Of a stretch of DNA of 64,000 nt, positions 52,571 through 64,000 are shown one piece after another. Every line of letters starts with the position of its first letter. Position 1 is the stretch's first letter. Both the position numbers and the translations under genes were made by a program. Source of the stretch: the human T2T-CHM13v2.0 reference genome, Homo sapiens; the NCBI RefSeq assembly GCF_009914755.1, contig NC_060940.1, one strand, 5' to 3'. A model generated the notes under the pieces. The model was given only the letters and a program-made list of their open reading frames with translations, did no database searches and was not told the origin of the DNA.

Positions 52571-52799
52571 GCACCCATAACTTGGCAACACTCGGAGGAT
52601 GGATGGCAAATAATACCAGCGACTGAAGGGTTAATTAATGATTGCAGATTAATTGAACACCTTCTGTAATCAGACACCTGGCACACACTCATGATGTCAC
52701 TTATTCCTCCCAACAACCCTGCAAATAGATAACTGTCTCTCCCATTCTCCGAGCTTGTCCTCAGAGAATTAGGTAACTTGTTCAAAATGGTCAGAAGCA

Positions 52800-52863
52800 A
52801 CAGATATAACTCCTTGCTCTACTCTTTCCCCCCTTCTCACTACTGCACTTGACTAGTCTTTTT
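52800..52863 (+). pseudogene. 5'-truncated Y1 RNA (RNY1) retropseudogene
   Basis: ACAGATATAACTCCTTGCTCTACTCTTTCCCCCCTTCTCACTACTGCACTTGACTAGTCTTTTT closely matches the 3' half of hY1 as I recall it; target-site duplication (TSD) aatg(g/a)tcagaagc at 52786-52798 and 53189-53201. Confidence 0.9.
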
Positions 52864-52879
52864 AAAACATAAATTTTTT

Positions 52880-53506
<627 letters not shown>

Positions 53507-54711
53507 ATCAGAAGCATTCATTAAGGGGTGAAGCTAGAATTCCAGCCCATTTCTCTTGCTTTGCAGCTGGAGCTCTTTCCTCTGAACTTTGACAGTTCCA
53601 GCGTCTAGACTCTAAACGTACTAGATCCCTCCAGAGGAGGCAACCAAATATTCCAACTATACAGACAAGTAGGGGCTAGGGAGGAAGCATGTAAATTCCA
53701 TCATACTCAGCAAAAATTCAGCCCAGATGTGGAGTCACAGAGTATTAGAATTCAACAGGCCCAAGTCCAGTAACCGGAGCTGTTGCCACTCTTGACTGTG
53801 AAGGTTCCAGTGCTTGCGTGGAGGGGTTTCTCACCTCTCCCGGGAGGGCGTGATGCTGGCAGTCACCACTAGGCAGGGAGAAGGAAGTCATTTGCCTCTA
53901 GATCTGCTGCCTCATCTTGTGCTTCCTGTATATCTGCCACACACCTAGCAAGTGTGCTCTCCGTAAATAAACTTCAGGATTAAGGCCATTTTTGTGAGTG
54001 ATTTGTGATGAAGCTGTTGGAGGTAACTGTCGATCAGATTTAAAAGAATGAAATGGACTGAAGCTGAGATGGGCAGGATCCAAACAGATCTGAATGAACT
54101 ACGGTGATGGCCAAATTATCCAAGATAGAATGTAAATCACATAAAAGGAGCGACATATACTTCCCATCCCTAAAAAGGAATGCCCCAAGACGGTGGAGAT
54201 CTGGCTTCATGGCAGCACTTGAGAAAAAACATTAAGTATCTGAAGGGACTCAGGCTGTTCCACGGAAGAACTAGTACCAGTGGGAGGCAAAAGTAAAAAT
54301 ATGCAGAACAAGTCCCGAGTGTGATGCCCTGGGGGCTTGGATAGGACCTGAGGCTGCACACTTTCTGCACCAACTATGTGCCAGAACCTGGGCCCTGCAG
54401 GGAGAGAAGCAGACCAGTCCCTGCTTTTGTGGAATTTGTATTTTTCTGATATATATCAGCTAGCAATAAACGCTCAGAAGTTATGGTGGCTGCTCTAGAC
54501 GGGATGACCAAAGGAGATCCCCTTTAAGGAGGTGATATTCACAATGCCCAAGTTGTTGGGAGATGGGGCCGCCATTTCTACAGCCCCCTCCCTCTCCTCT
54601 GCTCCCAACCCTGGGAGGATTTCCCGACAGGAAGACTCCTCAGGAGAGCTGGAGTGCTGCCGTCATTAACGCCAGGCCAGAACACGGCGGGCTAACAGGG
54701 CGCTGGCCTGC

Positions 54712-54763
54712 GTGCCCACCTCTAGGTCCGCTAATATGTGCCCAGCTCTAGGTCCGCTAATGT
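54712..54763. repeat. 26-bp tandem duplication in the CKLF promoter
   Basis: gtgccca(c/g)ctctaggtccgctaat(a/g)t x2. Confidence 0.9.
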
Positions 54764-55010
54764 GCTACGCGATAACTGAAAGACAGCACAAGCCAGAGCG
54801 GACGGCCGCGGGATCCCGTTGGGGCGCATGCGCGAGAGCGAACGCGGCGCCGTGCGCATGCGCGCAAGAGAGCGGGAAGCCGAGCTGGGCGAGAAGTAGG
54901 GGAGGGCGGTGCTCCGCCGCGGTGGCGGTTGCTATCGCTTCGCAGAACCTACTCAGGCAGCCAGCTGAGAAGAGTTGAGGGAAAGTGCTGCTGCTGGGTC
55001 TGCAGACGCG

Positions 55011-55088
55011 ATGGATAACGTGCAGCCGAAAATAAAACATCGCCCCTTCTGCTTCAGTGTGAAAGGCCACGTGAAGATGCTGCGGCTG
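55011..55088 (+). CDS. CKLF: CKLF exon 1 coding part (MDNVQPKIKHRPFCFSVKGHVKMLRL), 78 nt
   Basis: Recognised chemokine-like factor N-terminus; GCGATGG Kozak context; GTGAG donor at 55089. Confidence 0.96.
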
Positions 55089-55267
55089 GTGAGGCCGGGC
55101 CGCGGAGGGCGGGAGGCTGATGAAGCTGCTGGGGGGCGGGAGATGTGGGTGTGAAGTGCAAAGCTGAACGCCTGTTTGCTTTTCAACCTCGCTTTGATCA
55201 AGATTGAAAGGCAAGGCATGGCCTCCTTGGGGAAGAAGGAGAGAGATACGGCACTGTCCTCCCCTTA

Positions 55268-55480
<213 letters not shown>

Positions 55481-56399
55481 TTTTTTAAATTAAAAATCAG
55501 ATCTACCCAAATGGTCTACATTTGGACCCACAAACCGGGTACCCAGGTTACCAGGCGAGACAACTGCAGTTATACCTCTCAGAAGCCCACAAGATTTGAA
55601 AGAAAAAAAAAAAAGCCTCAGGGGTTTCGGTGAATGTTGTGTGGACTTCCGTGAGACAGACGTTTGATGTGACTGAGTTCAAGGCTGATACAGCCCAGAA
55701 CCAGGACAAGGAGAGAACTGCTCGTTTCCGGGAGCAGACTTCCTACCGGGAGCACTGCAGTCACTTCTGAACAGGTTTGGAGGAAGTTGATCATTTGGAG
55801 AGAAGTGACCTAGCTAGTTAGAGAAGTGGAAACTATCCTAGTTGAAGGAATCTATTCTAGAAACTCATCATTGGAGGAATTCACAGAGAAACCTTACAGG
55901 GAAGGAAAAAATAAATCATTTTAAGTTTTAAAGAGTTGACATGGGAGAGGCAAAATGGAGATAGTTCAAAGTTACAAGGAAAACATTTCCAATTAATGTG
56001 AGGAGGAATCTTATATTGGGAGAGCTCCCAAAACTAAATGGCCACTTGGGAAGGCAGTACATTCCCAGACAAAAGTACCAGGCATATGTGAGCACTTGGT
56101 GAGGATGTTATAAAGGAGACTCAAACTTAAGGTGAGTGGGTTGAACAAAGTGCATATAAGATCCTTCTCACACCAAAAGTCTGTGATTGTGAGAAGTAGC
56201 TTTCATATCATGTAAGTTGAGATACATAAGAGGTTTAGAAACCACTCTGGAGTTGAGGGAAGGAGAAATAACTTTTGATTGGGAGTAAATACTCAGGGCA
56301 AAAGTGACCAGAAGGTCTGGGATCTTGAACACTGAAAAAGGAAAGATCTTGAACACTGAAGGGGGAACCATGTGAGAATGGTCCTGTGAGAATGGTTAG

Positions 56400-58600
<2,201 letters not shown>

Positions 58601-59381
58601 TCAAAGTACTGGAAAAAAAGAAAAAAGCATTCATTAAATTTAGTATTTCTGAAATCACTGATGTTAGCAAAAGCAATATCCATAGAGTGGTAATGTCTGA
58701 AATATTATTAGTGAGATATGTAAAAGATAACTGGAAACAAAGGCCAGGAGCTTAGGAAAGATGTAAGAACTGTAAATATAAATCACAGGAGAACACAGTT
58801 TGACAGAAACCATAGAAAGGTTTAAGGAAATGGAGTAATCACCAGTGCAAATCACCATGATGAAAAAGGTTACAGAGGATAGGGACTGAAAAAGTGGCCC
58901 TTCATTTCATAATCTGTGGGCTGAAGACCTTGGTCCAATAGAGTAATTGGAGTAGTTTGAGATTATGTGTTGCTAATAGTAATTATATTAATTATAAAGA
59001 ATGAAGTTACTTAGTAACTAGTTATTTGTAATCAAACTGATCAGTTTAGAAGTTTAAAAGAAAGGCATATTTATGCTAATAAAGTAATTGGAAGAATTAT
59101 GAATAAGTAACCTATATGGACTTAAAATGAGTATGTATATGTTACCAGCTGACAGGATATTTTAAAAGTCTAGCCAGGGAAGACTCTTGACCAAACCATT
59201 TACCAAAAACACAGAGCTTTGGAAAGAGCTTTATTTCCTAAGAACATTGACAGAACTCCCCTGGGACCCACCAGCTATTTTTTTCACTTAACATTGCCAT
59301 GTTCTGTATCTTCATTTGGAAATGAAGAAATTTCAGAGTTTTTTATGTTTTTTTTTCCACTTAAAATAGCATAGATTCTGA

Positions 59382-60433
<1,052 letters not shown>

Positions 60434-60484
60434 TAAATTTGTATTCAGTTGTCACTGAATAAATCGTGGGTTTTTTTCTTCTAG

Positions 60485-60643
60485 GCACTAACTGTGACAT
60501 CTATGACCTTTTTTATCATCGCACAAGCCCCTGAACCATATATTGTTATCACTGGATTTGAAGTCACCGTTATCTTATTTTTCATACTTTTATATGTACT
60601 CAGACTTGATCGATTAATGAAGTGGTTATTTTGGCCTTTGCTT
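60485..60643 (+). CDS. CKLF: CKLF exon 2 (ALTVTSMTFFIIAQAPEPYIVITGFEVTVILFFILLYVLRLDRLMKWLFWPLL), 159 nt, in-frame cassette; gene continues beyond the window
   Basis: T-rich tract + TAG acceptor, GTAAG donor; hydrophobic MARVEL-domain segments; 53 aa equals the CKLF2 (152 aa) minus CKLF1 (99 aa) difference. Confidence 0.95.
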
Positions 60644-63090
60644 GTAAGTGTTCAGTTTCATCCTTAAATTTTACTTTTTCCTACCATAGTGAGATATTCT
60701 AATGAACTCTGTTTTTTGCTTCTCTTAAACCTTTAAGGTAATCTCTGTTAGGCTTAGGAAGGAGGAGCTCTACCCATTGCTAATGTGCCCTGTATTGCTT
60801 TGGGAGAGGGTCTCAAGGATGCAGGGCAGCCACAGAGCATAAGTTCTCTGCACCATCTATCAGTAGATGTGGCTGACGCTTCTGTTAGAATTCACTTGGA
60901 TAGATCTTCTAAAGAAATTTAAATTTAGGACCATGTTAACAAAATTGTAGTGCATTCTTAATCTTTATTACCTATTTGGATGCATGTTAATATGGCCTCA
61001 AAATTGGGATAGAGATGGAGACAGATACACAAGTATCTATCCTTGCACATCTTTGGTCACTAAATGGAAAATCAAACTAATTGGGGAGGCTAAAGTACAA
61101 TGTTATCTCACTTGAAAATATCTGTAGTTATTACTAAATAATGTTGGCACCTCTTATATTTCATAGTATATAGACTGTAACCTGCCATACTCATATAATT
61201 AGGAATAACTGCCCAGTGGAATGCCCAGATGGTTCTGAAAACTGTCAAATTGGGCAGATTGAAGTTATTCGTTAAGATGTATGCAGCCCCTCAGCCTGGA
61301 CTAGAAGCTGATTCTAAGAAAAACTGAGTGACTTCTCCTCTGTCCTCTTGCAAGTCTCATTCCCAGCATCCTGTCTCTGTAGGTCTCCCTCCTGAATCCC
61401 CCTGCTGCCCTTCTCCTCTTTGGCTGGACTGATTGCTGCCATGTCTTCCTTGGCTGCAGTGGTCTCATCCTCTTGGATGCCACAGTGCTAATATCCAAGC
61501 TGATAATTCCTATTAACAAGAAAAGACTTTAGAGCTATTCTTAAACCATAAGCATGCCTTTAAATGGTACCTTCTGGAACCACCTTCAAGGCCAGTGGCA
61601 AGCATTTCAGGCAAATCATAAGCTTTTTAAAAGTCCTAAAAGGGAAAAGCTGGGAAATAGGATCTTCATAGAACCTCTCCTCTCAAAACTACTTGATGTA
61701 CACTTCAGAGCTGGACTTCGTTGGAGGGAGGTCTAGGAGAAGAGATTACAAAGTCTTCCTCAGTTGGCCCTCATTTAGTGGCAGAAAGGGTTAAACTAAA
61801 TTTTTCTAAAGATTTCTTCAAGAGGATAATGAACACTGGTCCACATCCTCTAGGTCTTGTATAGTTGCTTTTCACACTCTGCTTCTCTAGAGTTTAATAA
61901 AACTAACACATTTTAGCCTTTCTTTTTTTCCAAACATAATTCCTTGGAGTTTCTTACATGTCCCAGTAATAAACTGGGAGCCAGGAGTGTAACAGAATAC
62001 ACTGAGAGAGAGTAGCTTATATGTAGCACACTGAAAGGAATAGTCCCCAAATCTCTAAGGATCAAACTTTACTGATATTGTATCTCTTAGAAATGGGGTG
62101 TTATATGGGTAACTAAGTTTTTGCTCCATTACGAAACCCAGAATCCTTTCTGATCTTGATCTAATGAAATTATTTATTCAGCAAATGTTAAGTATTTGCT
62201 AATCCTAGATTCTGTAATTGGTTCTTTGGTTAAGACAAAACAAAAACCTTGTACCTCAGAAACTTTAAATGCACCCAGGAAGCAACACAGAGAATATAGG
62301 TGCTATGAGAGATATACACCTAGGATGGCGTGGATGCAACCCAGCAAGGGAAAGGGACCAAGTCACAGTAGGCTGTGAAGAAAAAGTGCCCAAACTGAGG
62401 GCTGAAGGATGAAACGTAGTTAGCAGATGACTGATACAGGGAAGGGAAAGTGCTTTTCTGCTAGAAAAGCAGCAGCATATGTGAGGGTCTAGGTGGAGAA
62501 AGAGCATGACCCTCCAGGACCTGCAGGTGTATCTGAATGGTTGGGTATTGAGTTGTGAACAAGAGCTGGGGCAAGAGTGAGGTTTGTGAAAACAGGGTCA
62601 GGGCATACAAGGGTTTGTGTGCTGTGGACTTTAACCCAAAGGCTAATGGGAGTTTTTGGAGGTTTTTAAGTAGGAGAGTAGCATGATCAGATGATCAGCC
62701 TCCATGTCTTGAGAGGATACTGAGAGAGGAAGAATATGTTTAAGGAAGGGTGCAGGAGAGCAGTATGTAATGAGTTTAGCTTGATAAATACTAGATTTTA
62801 GTTACTTAAAAGATATTCATATGGAGATATTCAGAAATGGTGTGAAACTTAAGAGGAGCTAGAGCTGCCGTTTTAGGAATCATCACCTCGTGATATTAAC
62901 TGAGCTCGGACTGGCCACAATAGCTCAGAGAGAGTGTAGAGAGAGCTGAAGGTAAAACTGGGAAACGCCAACATATGAGATGAGGAGTGGCCAGAAAAGG
63001 CAGGAGAGCACCCAAGTGTGACTGGTGTCACCGAAGCCAAGATGGGAATACATTTCAAGAAGAATGGACACATTTAAACAGAAAGATAAG

Positions 63091-63093
<3 letters not shown>

Positions 63094-63135
<42 letters not shown>

Positions 63136-63148
63136 TCTCTCTCTCTCT
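63094..63148. repeat. (CA)~20 followed by (CT)n compound microsatellite
   Basis: Direct inspection. Confidence 0.92.
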
Positions 63149-64000
63149 GCCCCCTGGTGACCTTTTCCAGAGGAGTTTGCCTCCAGTGGGCAAGTGACAG
63201 GAAAGTTGTAGGACTGAGCAGGCAAGGAAAGAGACAACTAGAGGGGTCATCTCTGAACTGAGGAAATATGGCCAGGGACAAATAAAAGTAATGAATAGAG
63301 TGAGGTCCCTGCAGAGTAGAATTGGAGCCAGAGCACAGGTGGAGAAGTTGCCTGGGGATGTTACCTAAAGTGTAGGACACAGAGATGGCTGACTGTTCCA
63401 ATTAATCTGTAGGTGGGGAAAAGGTAACTTAGAAGTACCTCCATCTGCTAGCCACTGCCTTTGCTAACTAGGAGAGGGCTTGGTCATCTCCATTCAAATT
63501 GTCCCAAAGTTGTTGTCCCTGATAACAGTCTGTAGAGCAGGCCTTCTCTGATTGTTCCCCCCCGAGAGCCCCAAATGACAGAAAACACAAAAAGCCAGTC
63601 AACCCATGGCTTTGAGGAGGTATCTAAGCATAGGCTCAGAATTCCTTTGAAATCCCTATTTTTGTAATTAAGTTTACATTCTACTCTGTGGCATATAGAT
63701 GTTTTCATTTTTAATATAAAATAAATGGTCTAAATTACTCTTGAGGATCATTGGTGTTTCGGGGCAGGCATATCTTTTTTTTTCCCCCTGTGGTTCTCTG
63801 CACTCCCTAGAACACCACTTTGATCCAAAGCCATCTATAAACCCTTGCCCAGATTGCTCACAGGAGGCAGGCTGCCTGTCTGAAGTAGGAGTGTGGTCTG
63901 TTGCCTTTTGAAGCAGAGCAAATATCCAACACAGAAGAGAGTTAACCTAGAATAGTTGTCTCAGTATCTCCTACAAATGAGAACTTTTTTCTTCCTAAGT

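Larger units (their letters stand above)
54650..55150. promoter_or_regulatory. CpG island / CKLF promoter with two NRF1 palindromes
   Basis: GCGCATGCGC at 54824-54833 and TGCGCATGCGC at 54853-54863; YY1-like GCCGCCATTT at 54568-54577 just upstream. Confidence 0.85.

Overview
Human genomic DNA, recognisable as the TK2–CKLF locus (chr16q21-22); an AluYa5 copy supports human rather than another ape. The whole mitochondrial thymidine kinase 2 gene lies on the minus strand: 10 coding exons, 798 nt and 265 aa, all GT-AG, from ATG 52356 to TAG 14261, with a ~4 kb 3'UTR ending near 10290. TK2 is head-to-head with the first two coding exons of CKLF on the plus strand. The rest is retroelement-dense: a dead L1PA, a short full-length SVA in TK2 intron 8, about 45 Alu/FLAM pieces, older L1/L2/MIR, MaLR/ERV1 LTRs and hAT/Tigger/mariner DNA transposons. 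I see no evidence for a wholly new gene system. The most interesting points are: (1) three alternative TK2 N-termini plus a uORF within ~350 bp; (2) a 5'-truncated Y1 RNA retrocopy nested with two Alus inside a MIR in the TK2/CKLF promoter gap; (3) tandem perfect NRF1 palindromes at the CKLF CpG island that may also drive TK2; (4) a distal TK2 poly(A) signal apparently borrowed from an ancient L1; (5) an SVA/Alu inverted pair around in-frame exon 9; (6) a rearranged L1/Alu scar at 34-35.7 kb. Repeat subfamily names are by-eye calls against remembered consensus sequences, and repeat boundaries are approximate.
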